A DNA stretch of 32,000 nucleotides, from the NCBI RefSeq assembly GCF_005696695.1, contig NZ_CP040006.1, positions 1,890,001-1,922,000 of the forward strand. The letters run 5' to 3'. A program made the translations under genes and the position numbers. The notes under the pieces are model-generated. The model was not told the origin of the DNA, did no database searches, and saw nothing but the letters and a program-made list of their open reading frames with translations. Below are positions 9,966 through 19,422 of the stretch, piece after piece. Positions within the stretch are counted from its first letter, which is position 1. Every line of letters starts with the position of its first letter. The DNA is from Schaalia odontolytica. Its GTDB lineage: Bacteria > Actinomycetota > Actinomycetes > Actinomycetales > Actinomycetaceae.

Positions 9966-10778
9966 ATGACCAGCAACGACACCAAGGCCTCGCAGAAAAA
10001 GGCTGAGGACACCTCCACCAACCTGTACAAGACCCTGTTCTTCGTCACCGCACCGATCACCGCGATCCTCGCGGGCGCGTGCGTGTGGATGGGTGTTCAG
10101 CTCTCCTCCACCTCTCCGGCGAGCCAGGCAACCCCGGCGGCCACGCCGACCGCGGCCGAACAGATGCCGCAGAACACGGAGACGGCGGCCCCCAGCCAGA
10201 CGAACGCCAAAAACCTGGAGATCATGAAGTCTTTCATGCGCCACCAGGCTGACGACCCGCAGGCGAAGGGCGACGTGAATGCCCCCGTCACAATGGTGCT
10301 CTTCTCGGACTTCGCGTGCCCCTACTGCACGAAGTACGCCCAGGACGTCGACCCCGCGCTGGCCGACCTCGTCGAGGATGGCACCCTGCGCGTGGAGTGG
10401 TACGACCTGGCCCAGATCACCGAGACCTCTCCCCTGGCAGCCCAGGCGGGCATCGCTGCGGGCGAGCAAGGTAAGTTCTGGGAGTTCCACGACGTGGTGT
10501 ACGCAGCGGCCGACCCGACCGGTCACCCCCAGTACTCCGAGCAGGCCCTCGTTGACTTTGCAGCCAAGGCGGGTGTGCCCGACCTGGACAAGTTCCGCGA
10601 GACGATGCTCTCCGACCACACCGCCTCCAAGGTGAAGGCGGCCAAGGAACAGGCCCACCAGTCCGGCATCACGGGCACGCCCACGATGTTCATCAACAAG
10701 GCGTTCGTCAGCGGCTACCGCGACGCCGCCTACATCCGCAACACCATCCTCGACCAGGCGGCGCAGTCCGCGTCCTGA
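9966..10778 (+). CDS. Membrane-anchored DsbA-family thiol-disulfide oxidoreductase (CPYC active site)
   Basis: Track ORF 9894..10778. Start moved to ATG 9966 (GGGAG 5 nt upstream). N-terminal TM helix LFFVTAPITAILAGACVWMGV. Thioredoxin-fold motif VTMVLFSDFACPYCTKY and a C-terminal GTPTMFIN cis-Pro loop region. Confidence 0.85.
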   Translation: MTSNDTKASQKKAEDTSTNLYKTLFFVTAPITAILAGACVWMGVQLSSTSPASQATPAATPTAAEQMPQNTETAAPSQTNAKNLEIMKSFMRHQADDPQAKGDVNAPVTMVLFSDFACPYCTKYAQDVDPALADLVEDGTLRVEWYDLAQITETSPLAAQAGIAAGEQGKFWEFHDVVYAAADPTGHPQYSEQALVDFAAKAGVPDLDKFRETMLSDHTASKVKAAKEQAHQSGITGTPTMFINKAFVSGYRDAAYIRNTILDQAAQSAS

Positions 10779-10828
10779 CGCGAGGCCCCGCGCCGCACGG
10801 ATGCTCGGCGCGGGAGAGACGAACAAAA

Positions 10829-10863
10829 GGGGCGGCCCGGAAGGAATCCTTCCGGGCCGCCCC
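10829..10863. terminator. Bidirectional terminator between the dsbA-like gene and groES
   Basis: Perfect 16-bp stem GGGGCGGCCCGGAAGG / CCTTCCGGGCCGCCCC with a 3-nt loop. The minus-strand tail is TTTTGTTCG (good for groES). The plus-strand tail is TGTAGCGTT (weaker). Confidence 0.8.
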
Positions 10864-10886
10864 TGTAGCGTTCAGGTGCGAAGCGC

Positions 10887-11183
10887 TCAGCGCTCCACGA
10901 CCGCCAGCACGTCACGCGAGGACAGGATCTGGAACTCCTGGCCGTCGTACTTGACCTCGGTGCCGCCGTAGCGCGAGTAGATGACGACGTCGCCGACCTT
11001 GACGTCGACGGGGATACGGTTACCGTTGTCGTCCACGCGGCCGGGGCCCACGGCGATAACTTCGCCTTCCTGCGGCTTCTCCTTGGCGGTGTCCGGAATG
11101 ACCAGGCCGGAGGCGGTGGTCTGCTCGGCCTCAACCTGGCGGATGACGATGCGGTCCTCGAGGGGCTTGATGGAGATCGACAT
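10887..11183 (-). CDS. groES: Co-chaperonin GroES
   Basis: 98 aa. [49 protein letters not shown]... is a textbook GroES. GAAAGGGAG lies upstream. Confidence 0.97.
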   Translation of the reverse strand: MSISIKPLEDRIVIRQVEAEQTTASGLVIPDTAKEKPQEGEVIAVGPGRVDDNGNRIPVDVKVGDVVIYSRYGGTEVKYDGQEFQILSSRDVLAVVER

Positions 11184-11286
11184 TGTCGCTCCCTTTCTTC
11201 TTTGTCACGAAGGTGCTCGTCCTTTCCCTGCCGTCGCGGGGGTCAGGTGCAGGACCGGTCGCGGGTGTTCCCGCGCTTCCTCCACG

Positions 11287-11316
11287 AGTGTAGGCGCGGT
11301 CCTGGCACTCGGGCAA
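11287..11316 (-). promoter_or_regulatory. Possible groES promoter (TTGCCC -35 inside the CIRCE spacer, 18 bp, TACACT -10)
   Basis: The minus strand reads TTGCCC-gagtgccaggaccgcgcc-TACACT. CIRCE would overlap the -35, as is typical for HrcA repression. Hexamers are weak, so this is tentative. Confidence 0.3.
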
Positions 11317-11328
11317 GCTGAGTGCCAG
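11302..11328. promoter_or_regulatory. CIRCE element (HrcA operator) upstream of groES
   Basis: CTGGCACTC-N9-GAGTGCCAG is a perfect inverted repeat. It matches the CIRCE consensus TTAGCACTC-N9-GAGTGCTAA in the conserved GCACTC/GAGTGC core and spacing. Confidence 0.85.
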
Positions 11329-11413
11329 GGGCGTTCACCCTGGGCAGACGACGCCCGCACCCGTCCGCAGGCCCCGCACGGCCTCGTCCCTAAAGAGATG
11401 GGACAATGAGCGG

Positions 11414-12655
11414 GTGAGCGCCCTGACACCCATTCTGTCCTCCCCCGGCTGGGAGCTGCTGGAGTCCCTGCAAGCGAAGCAGGCCACCAACCCCATCCCG
11501 CTGCCCGAGCTCGGATCCGCCCTGCGCGCCTCCGGCCTCGACGCAGACCTCGTGGTCGCAGTCCTCACCCAGCTGGCCTTGCGCCAGGCCGCGCGTTCAA
11601 AATTTGGCCCGTTTGCCTCTCACATGGTGTTCACCCGCGACGGCCTCGAGCAGGCGACACGCCTCGTCGTGGCAGCCCGCCACGCTCAGCGATTCAGGGA
11701 TTGCGGCGCGACGCGCGTCGCGGACCTTGGCTGCGGCATTGGGTCGGATGCCATGGCGATCGCCGGCCTGGGCATGAACGTGCTGGCGGTCGACATCGAT
11801 CCCGATACCGCCGGCGCCGTGGCCGCGAACCTGCGAGCCTTCGAAGGGGCAGAGGTGCGCCTCGGGGACGTCACCGACCTCGACATGGACGAGCTGGCCG
11901 CCGAGGGCGTCGACGCAATCTTCGCCGACCCGGCCCGCCGCACGGGCGCCTCGCGCGGGTCGGCGCGCATCACGGACCCGGAGCAGTGGTCTCCTCCCCT
12001 CTCGCTCGCCCTCGGCTGGGCCTCCACGATCGAACGAGTCGGCATCAAGGTGGCGCCGGGCATCGCGTACGAGCACATCCCCTCCTCCTGGCACGCGCAG
12101 TGGGTGAGCGTGGACGGTGATCTCGTCGAGGCCTCGCTCTGGTCCCCCGCCCTGTCCCCCGAGGGCCGTGGGCGCTCCTGCCTCCTCTTGGACGAGGCCG
12201 GGGCCGCCCATTCGCTCTCCACACCCGAGGGGTACGCACCCAACGCCCCCGCAGCCCGCGTGGAGGTCGCTCCCCTGGGCGCAATGGTTGCCGAGCCCGA
12301 CAGCGCGGTTATCCGCTCGGGCCTCCTGGGACGCCTCGCGGACGAGGTCGGCGCGGGCATCGTGTCCGACAAGATCGCCTACCTGACCGGGGATGACCTG
12401 CCCGATTCCCCCTTCTACGACCGCTTCGAGGTCCTCGCAGTGACCAACCTGCGAGCAAAGGCGATTTCCGCCGAGCTACGCACGCGCGGCGCGGGCAGCG
12501 TCGAGATCAAGAAGCGCGGCGCCGACATCAACCCCGACGACCTGCGTAAATCGCTGAAACTGGGCGGAGGCGACGAGCAGCTGACCGTCATCGCGACGCG
12601 CGTGGACGGGCGCCACCGCGCGATCATCTGCCGACGGTTGGCTAAAAACCTGTAA
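11414..12655 (+). CDS. Class I SAM-dependent methyltransferase with a C-terminal THUMP-like region
   Basis: 413 aa, GTG start. Motif I VADLGCGIGSDAMAIA. Acidic loop VLAVDID. Post-motif IFADPARR (DPxR-type, as in RNA/cap-type N-methyltransferases). Substrate unknown. Confidence 0.75.
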   Translation: MSALTPILSSPGWELLESLQAKQATNPIPLPELGSALRASGLDADLVVAVLTQLALRQAARSKFGPFASHMVFTRDGLEQATRLVVAARHAQRFRDCGATRVADLGCGIGSDAMAIAGLGMNVLAVDIDPDTAGAVAANLRAFEGAEVRLGDVTDLDMDELAAEGVDAIFADPARRTGASRGSARITDPEQWSPPLSLALGWASTIERVGIKVAPGIAYEHIPSSWHAQWVSVDGDLVEASLWSPALSPEGRGRSCLLLDEAGAAHSLSTPEGYAPNAPAARVEVAPLGAMVAEPDSAVIRSGLLGRLADEVGAGIVSDKIAYLTGDDLPDSPFYDRFEVLAVTNLRAKAISAELRTRGAGSVEIKKRGADINPDDLRKSLKLGGGDEQLTVIATRVDGRHRAIICRRLAKNL

Positions 12656-12720
12656 GAAAGCTCTCCGCCGACACCGCTCGCTCCCCTGCCACAATGGAGG
12701 AAGCAAGCGAAAGGATTGAC

Positions 12721-13890
12721 ATGTCTTTGCCCTTCGGTTCCTCCCAGCGTTCCACGATCGGTGTCGAGTGGGAGCTCCAGCTCGTCGACCGCGACTCCCA
12801 CGATCTGCGTCAGAGCGCGGACGCAATCATTGACCGCGCCACGACCGACGGGAAGCTCTACCCGGGCGTCCACCGCGAGATGCTGCTCAACACGATCGAG
12901 GTCGTCTCCAAGCCGCGCGCAACCGTCGCCGAGTGCATGGCCGACCTCATGGACTGCGTCGACTACCTGACCCCCCTAGCCTCGGACCTGCGCATCGACC
13001 TGGCCACCGCCGGCACGCACCCCTTCGCACGCCCGGGCCGCCAGCGCGTCACCGACTCGGAGCGCTACGCGCAGCTGGTGGAGCGCACCGCCTACTGGGG
13101 ACACCAGATGCTCCTGTACGGCGTCCACGTGCACGTCGGCGTCGAAGACCGCGCGAAGATCCTCCCGATCCAGGCCGCCCTCACCGCCCACCTGGGCCAC
13201 CTGCAGGCCATCTCCGCGTCGTCCCCCTTCTGGGCGGGCGAGGACACGGGCTACGCGTCCAACCGCGCGATGGTCTTCCAGCAGCTGCCCACCGCCGGCA
13301 TCCCGCGCCAGTTCGCCACGTGGGAGGACCTCGAGGCCTACACGGACGACATGATCCGCACGGGCGTCATCGAGGGATTCGACGAAGTCCGCTGGGACAT
13401 CCGCCCCTCGCCGGCCTTCGGCACGATCGAGAACCGCGTGTACGACGCTGCGACGAACGCGACCGAGGTCGCCACCTTCGCGGCCTTCACCCACGTCCTC
13501 GTCGAGCACTTCTCGCGCCTGTACGACGCGGGCGAGCCGCTTCCCTCCCTGCCGGATTGGTTCGTCGCTGAGAACAAGTGGCGCTCGGCGCGCTACGGCA
13601 TGGACGCGACGCTGATCGTGTCGCGCGACGGCGCGACCGAGAGCGCGCGCGAGGGCATCGCGCGATTGAAGGAAGAGCTGGCCCCCGTGGCCGCCGACCT
13701 GAACTGCGCACGCGAGTTCGCCGGACTGGAGACGATCCTGACGATCGGCGCCTCCTACGAGCGTCAGCGGGCCGTCGCGGCGGCCGCTCGCCCCGGCCAG
13801 GGCCTCGACGCGGTCGTGGACCTCATGCGTGCGGAGATGAGCGCCGGGCGCCCCCTGGCTCTCGCCGAATTCGCAACCCTGAACGCCTAA
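12721..13890 (+). CDS. Carboxylate-amine ligase, YbdK / glutamate-cysteine ligase family 2 (GCS2)
   Basis: Track ORF starts at 12694. I prefer ATG 12721 (GAAAGGA 5 nt upstream). STIGVEWELQLVD, NTIEVVSKP, GTHPF, YGVHVHVGV and RWDIRPSP are characteristic GCS2 motifs. Confidence 0.85.
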   Translation: MSLPFGSSQRSTIGVEWELQLVDRDSHDLRQSADAIIDRATTDGKLYPGVHREMLLNTIEVVSKPRATVAECMADLMDCVDYLTPLASDLRIDLATAGTHPFARPGRQRVTDSERYAQLVERTAYWGHQMLLYGVHVHVGVEDRAKILPIQAALTAHLGHLQAISASSPFWAGEDTGYASNRAMVFQQLPTAGIPRQFATWEDLEAYTDDMIRTGVIEGFDEVRWDIRPSPAFGTIENRVYDAATNATEVATFAAFTHVLVEHFSRLYDAGEPLPSLPDWFVAENKWRSARYGMDATLIVSRDGATESAREGIARLKEELAPVAADLNCAREFAGLETILTIGASYERQRAVAAAARPGQGLDAVVDLMRAEMSAGRPLALAEFATLNA

Positions 13891-14035
13891 CCCATTCGAA
13901 GCGGTGCCCCGCGTCTTCAACGGCGCGGCGCACTGTCGTCATCGCCACACACTCACAGACAGCATTCAGGTGGTTCTCAGATCGCCGCCGTATCCTTGAT
14001 GTGGCTCGAAACTGACGCTGAGAGGACACTCGCCC

Positions 14036-16699
14036 GTGGTACAGGAAGCAACACAGACACCCGATACCGACGGCGCACCATCGACGCTCGTCAGGATCAC
14101 TTCCCCCATCGGAGCATCCCTGCAGACTGTGTGGCTGCTGCTTTCGTCGCTGGCCCACCTCACCATCCGCTGGCTGTCACGATGCCCGGCAACCGCAGTC
14201 CTTACGGTCGCCCTGACGATCGTGTCGGCGACCTACTGGGTGTGGCGCGATCAATTCACTGCCCTCGAGGCCGACCCGTCCGGCCCCCATTGGTGGTCGG
14301 TTCTCTCCTCCGTCGGCGCGGTGCCCGGCAACTTCATCGCCACCGCCGTGCTCGGCATCGTCACGATGATCATTGCGGGCGGTGCTGCGGAGCGACACCT
14401 GGGCACACGCGCATGGGTGGCCGCAGCTGCCGCCGGCCAGGTCGTCGGCATCGCTGCCACCTGGTTGACACTCCCCCTGCTCACCAGGGTGTTCTCTATG
14501 TGGGGGCAGACGATCGATGCGGGGAGCCTGTGGGGCACGAGCCTCATCCTCGTCGCCCTCGTGGGCGCCGCAGCGCAGTCACTGGCCTCTCACTGGCGCT
14601 GGCGCGCTCGTTTCCTCCTCATCGGAATCCTCCTCCTGTCGGCGGCGATCCTCGGATCGGCGATCTCGTATGCGCGCGTGTGGGCACTCCTCGCGGGCAT
14701 GGTCGCCGCGCGCCTGGCTGGGGTTCGAGGGGCGCGCAGCGATTCCGGAAACGACATCACGATCGGACGCCAGCTCGCCTCCGTTGCCGCGCTGTGCTGG
14801 GCCTGCGCTGCGGCGCTGACCGTTGTTTCTTCGGCCCCCGAAGGACCGCTCGCTCAGATGCGGTGGTCGCTGGGCCCCGCGTGGTGGCTCGAGGGACGCA
14901 CGGGCGTCATCACAACTCTCCTGTGTCTGGCCCCTATCACGCTCCAGCTAATCTTCGCGTACGGGCTGCGTAAGGGCAGGCGCGCCGCCTACTTCGGTAC
15001 TCTCATTCTCCAGCTGGTCCTCGGCCTGTCGACGGTCGCGGCGACGGGTGTCGCTCTCACCCAGGGCACCGACGAGAACGGGATGGCCAGGCCCGAGCTC
15101 GTCACCACGGCCTCGCTCCTCCTCGTTCCGGTGATCCTCAACGCTGCCCTGTGCGTCATCACGTGGTGGGTGCGCCGTTCCTTCACGATTCACGCGGAGC
15201 CCTCCACGACCTCGACCCTGGTGCGGCGCTGGCTGCTCCTCATGGTCGGCTGCGCGGGCGCGGTCCTCGTCCTCGGGTTCCTCACGAGCGACTCGTTCGT
15301 CCCCCTCGAGGCCCTCAACTCCGGCGACGACCTGACCGTCACCGACTATGCGTCTCCCCTGCAGATCCTCCACGACTACACCCTCGCGCTGCTCCCCACG
15401 GCGACGGCTTCGATCTTCGAGCCATCCCTGGTTCCGATGACTCTCTTCGCCGAGGCGCCCGTCCTGTGGGTTCCCCTCGTCGCCTGGGTCGGCACCCTCG
15501 CGATCATCCTGAGCGCGCTGCTCGCTCGGCCCCGTATCCCGCTGTCCTCGCCGCTCGAGAGCCTCACGCCGCTCCTGCGCGCCCACGGAGCGGGCACCCT
15601 CGGGTGGATGCAGACCTGGGAGGGCAACCAGGTGTGGGTCTCCCCTACCGGCGAGGCCGGGGTCGCCTACCGCGGATCGGGCGGAGTCGCGCTGACGGTC
15701 ACAGACTTGGCGTACGAGCCGGGCAAGGCCTCCGAGGCGATCGCGCTGTTCTCAGCCTTCGCGTCCGACTCGGGCCTGACCCCCGCGCTCTACTCGGTCC
15801 ACGAGGAACTCGCGCAGGCCGCGCGCGAGGAGGGCTGGACGATCATGCAGGTCGCCGAGGAGTCACTGCTGGACCTGCCCGGCCTCGCTTTCAAGGGCAA
15901 GGCCTACCAGGACGTGCGCACCGCCATGAACCACGCGTCCCGCGAGGGCGTTGAGGCCGTGTGGACTACCTGGGAGGAGTGCCCGGCGGGCTGGCGCGAT
16001 CAGATCACCGTCATCTCCGATACGTGGAGCGACGACAAGGCCCTGCCTGAGATGAGCTTTACGCTCGGTGGTGTTCGAGAGCTTGCGGTCCCCGAGACGC
16101 GCATCCTGGTCGCCATCGACGAGGAGTCGACGATCCACGCCGTGACTTCGTGGTTGCCGATCTACCGCGACGGAACAGTCGTCGGCCTGACCCTGGACGT
16201 CATGCGTCGGCGCACGACCGGGTGGCGTCCCGCGATCGAGTTCCTCATCGGCAAGGCCGCCCTGGCGGCACAGGAAGAGGGGCTCGAGATCCTGTCTCTG
16301 TCGGGTGCTCCCCTGTCGCGCTCGGCCGATGACACCTCGGCCTTTGGCCCCCTCACCGACGCGCTGGCCGCCATCATGGAGCCGCTCTACGGCTTCACCT
16401 CGCTGCACGCGTTCAAGCGCAAGTTCAAGCCCCGCACGCAGTCCCTGTACCTGGCGGTGCCGGATCCCGCATCCCTCGCGACGGTCGGACTGGCCATCTC
16501 GCACGCCTACGTTCCCCACGTATCCCCTGCGCAGACCCTCACGCTCGTCGCCTCCGTCGCCGGCGGCCTTGCCAAGCTCGCCGCGAAGGGTGTCGGCGAC
16601 CTGCGATCGACGCGCGCCGCCTCCCGGGAGAGCGCTCCCGACGCGGAAGCGCTCGCTGCCACGGCCTCGTCCGATGGGGGCGGAAAGGAGCAGCGATGA
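14036..16699 (+). CDS. Polytopic membrane protein with C-terminal MprF-like aminoacyl-lipid synthase (DUF2156-type) domain
   Basis: 887 aa, GTG start (GAGAGGA 9 nt upstream). About 530 aa of TM helices are followed by a soluble domain with LRAHGAGTLGWMQTWEGNQVW, YQDVRTAMNHASREG, LPEMSFTLGG, LYGFTSLHAFKRKFKP. These resemble the tRNA-dependent phosphatidylglycerol lysyl/alanyl-transferase C-domain. Confidence 0.75.
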   Translation: MVQEATQTPDTDGAPSTLVRITSPIGASLQTVWLLLSSLAHLTIRWLSRCPATAVLTVALTIVSATYWVWRDQFTALEADPSGPHWWSVLSSVGAVPGNFIATAVLGIVTMIIAGGAAERHLGTRAWVAAAAAGQVVGIAATWLTLPLLTRVFSMWGQTIDAGSLWGTSLILVALVGAAAQSLASHWRWRARFLLIGILLLSAAILGSAISYARVWALLAGMVAARLAGVRGARSDSGNDITIGRQLASVAALCWACAAALTVVSSAPEGPLAQMRWSLGPAWWLEGRTGVITTLLCLAPITLQLIFAYGLRKGRRAAYFGTLILQLVLGLSTVAATGVALTQGTDENGMARPELVTTASLLLVPVILNAALCVITWWVRRSFTIHAEPSTTSTLVRRWLLLMVGCAGAVLVLGFLTSDSFVPLEALNSGDDLTVTDYASPLQILHDYTLALLPTATASIFEPSLVPMTLFAEAPVLWVPLVAWVGTLAIILSALLARPRIPLSSPLESLTPLLRAHGAGTLGWMQTWEGNQVWVSPTGEAGVAYRGSGGVALTVTDLAYEPGKASEAIALFSAFASDSGLTPALYSVHEELAQAAREEGWTIMQVAEESLLDLPGLAFKGKAYQDVRTAMNHASREGVEAVWTTWEECPAGWRDQITVISDTWSDDKALPEMSFTLGGVRELAVPETRILVAIDEESTIHAVTSWLPIYRDGTVVGLTLDVMRRRTTGWRPAIEFLIGKAALAAQEEGLEILSLSGAPLSRSADDTSAFGPLTDALAAIMEPLYGFTSLHAFKRKFKPRTQSLYLAVPDPASLATVGLAISHAYVPHVSPAQTLTLVASVAGGLAKLAAKGVGDLRSTRAASRESAPDAEALAATASSDGGGKEQR

Positions 16700-18270
16700 G
16701 CGTTTTGGGAAGCATCCCCCTGACCTCGATCAAAACCCTGGTAGCGGTCGCCGTCCTGGCGGTTCTGTCTCTATTGGCGGGGGCGGTCCTACTCGCCCGA
16801 TCGGCCCCCGCTCGCTGCCCGGGACGCACGAGGCGGTGGCTGGGACGCGCGGTCATCCTCCTCGTGCCTACGATCCTTATCGCGTCCGCGGGGGCGCTCG
16901 TCTTCAATCGCTCGCTCGGCCTTGTGAAGACCAGCGGGGATCTAGCGAAACTCGCCCTGTCGACCACCGTTGGAACAACCGCCCAATCCGGCGGCGAGGC
17001 CGACGTCAACGCGCAGTCCGCTGCCGCATCCGAACTCGACGCAACCTTCACAAAGACCGAGGACGGCATGCTCCAGACCACCTGGACCGGCCCGTCAAGC
17101 GGGATCACCCAGGACGTCTTCGTTATCACCCCACGCGACTACTCCCCCACCGACGGCAAGACCTACGCGGTCATCGAGCTGCTCCACGGCTACCCCGGCG
17201 GCCCCGACGGCACCATGCAGGGCGCGCAGGTACAGGAAGCCCTGAACAACGCCATCGACGCGGGGATCATCCCGCCGACAATCATCGTCGGCCCCTCCCT
17301 CAACGTCGACGAGGAGGCCCACGACTGTGCCGACATCGAGGGGCGCCCCGCCGTCTACACGTGGGTGTCCCACGACGTCCCCGAGATGATCCGACACAAC
17401 TTCCCCAATACGACGTCCAATCGCGACGCCTGGATGATCGGCGGCTTCTCCGCCGGCGCCTACTGCGCGATCTGGACGGCCCTGCGTACGCCCGAGACCT
17501 ACGGCGCCGCCGCCTCGCTGTCCGGCTATGACACGCAGATCGAGGGACAGATGACCAACCAGGGCGACCAGTACCTGGCCGACAACACGCTGTCGATCAT
17601 GCTCGCAAATCGCACCCCCGACGGGATGCGCATCTACGCGATGGCCGCCGGCGACGACGCCGTTGGCGGCGCGTACACCGCCCTCAAGATGGCCTCAACC
17701 GTCAAGGAACCCGACAGCGTCACCACGGACGTCCCTCCGAGCGGCGGGCACGCGGGCCCGCTGTGGCGCGAGCACATTCCGACAATGCTGGCGTGGTGGG
17801 GGTCCTCCGACCGGGTCTCCCGGGCCGTCGGCGCCGCTTCGACGGCGGCGACCGCACAGTCCTCCGACGCCAGCGCGTCCATCGTCCCGGTGACGACCGT
17901 GACGCACGAGGTCCGGCCGACCGCCCCGAACGGGTACCTGACGCTGGGCCTCCTGATCGCCGGCGTGCTCGTCTCACTCGTGGTCGCGTGGACTGTCGCG
18001 CCGCGCTGGCAGCTGCACCGTCACGACGACGAGCGCGAACAGGCCGACGACCATCCGCACCGGGCGCGTCACCGCGCGCAACGCTCGGGTCTCTTCGCCT
18101 CTGTACCGCGTCCCGCGCTCCGGGTACTCGGATACCTAGCGCGTCTGATCTCCCTCGGGGCGGCCACGGTAAGCGCCGCGCTTCTCGTCGGCATTGCCGC
18201 CAACATGGTGGGCGGCTTCTACACCTCGTGGAGCTCGATCGCGCAGAGCTTTATGGACGGCCTGCGCTAG
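16696..18270 (+). CDS. Membrane-anchored alpha/beta-hydrolase (esterase D / putative esterase family)
   Basis: 524 aa. Its ATG overlaps the upstream stop (ATGA at 16696..16699) and AAGGAG lies 5 nt upstream. There are two N-terminal and two C-terminal TM helices. Core motifs: ELLHGYPGGPDG and nucleophile elbow IGGFSAGAY. Confidence 0.8.
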   Translation: MSVLGSIPLTSIKTLVAVAVLAVLSLLAGAVLLARSAPARCPGRTRRWLGRAVILLVPTILIASAGALVFNRSLGLVKTSGDLAKLALSTTVGTTAQSGGEADVNAQSAAASELDATFTKTEDGMLQTTWTGPSSGITQDVFVITPRDYSPTDGKTYAVIELLHGYPGGPDGTMQGAQVQEALNNAIDAGIIPPTIIVGPSLNVDEEAHDCADIEGRPAVYTWVSHDVPEMIRHNFPNTTSNRDAWMIGGFSAGAYCAIWTALRTPETYGAAASLSGYDTQIEGQMTNQGDQYLADNTLSIMLANRTPDGMRIYAMAAGDDAVGGAYTALKMASTVKEPDSVTTDVPPSGGHAGPLWREHIPTMLAWWGSSDRVSRAVGAASTAATAQSSDASASIVPVTTVTHEVRPTAPNGYLTLGLLIAGVLVSLVVAWTVAPRWQLHRHDDEREQADDHPHRARHRAQRSGLFASVPRPALRVLGYLARLISLGAATVSAALLVGIAANMVGGFYTSWSSIAQSFMDGLR

Positions 18271-18285
18271 GCCCGCGGACCGCTC

Positions 18286-19341
<1,056 letters not shown>

Positions 19342-19347
19342 GCCCCC

Positions 19348-19353
19348 AGTTTA
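19348..19353 (-). promoter_or_regulatory. Candidate -10 hexamer TAAACT placed for a leaderless tsaD transcript
   Basis: The minus strand reads TAAACT-gggggc-GTG(19341). Confidence 0.3.
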
Positions 19354-19422
19354 ATCCGCGCATGCGGGCACCGCCGCACGCACGAAGCAAGCGGGTCCGC
19401 CGCGTGCGGAGTCGGCGTCGAT

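Noticed and set aside
12694-12720. Upstream ATG 12694 as the GCS2 start
   Set aside because: It has no SD or -10-like element in front of it. ATG 12721 has GAAAGGA 5 nt upstream and gives the usual short N-terminus before the conserved TIGVEWELQLVD motif. 12694 is kept only as an alternative.
11414-13890. GCS2 ligase plus methyltransferase as an ergothioneine (egtA/egtD-like) module
   Set aside because: The methyltransferase has RNA/cap-type motifs and a THUMP-like tail rather than EgtD features. No egtB/egtC/egtE-like genes are present.
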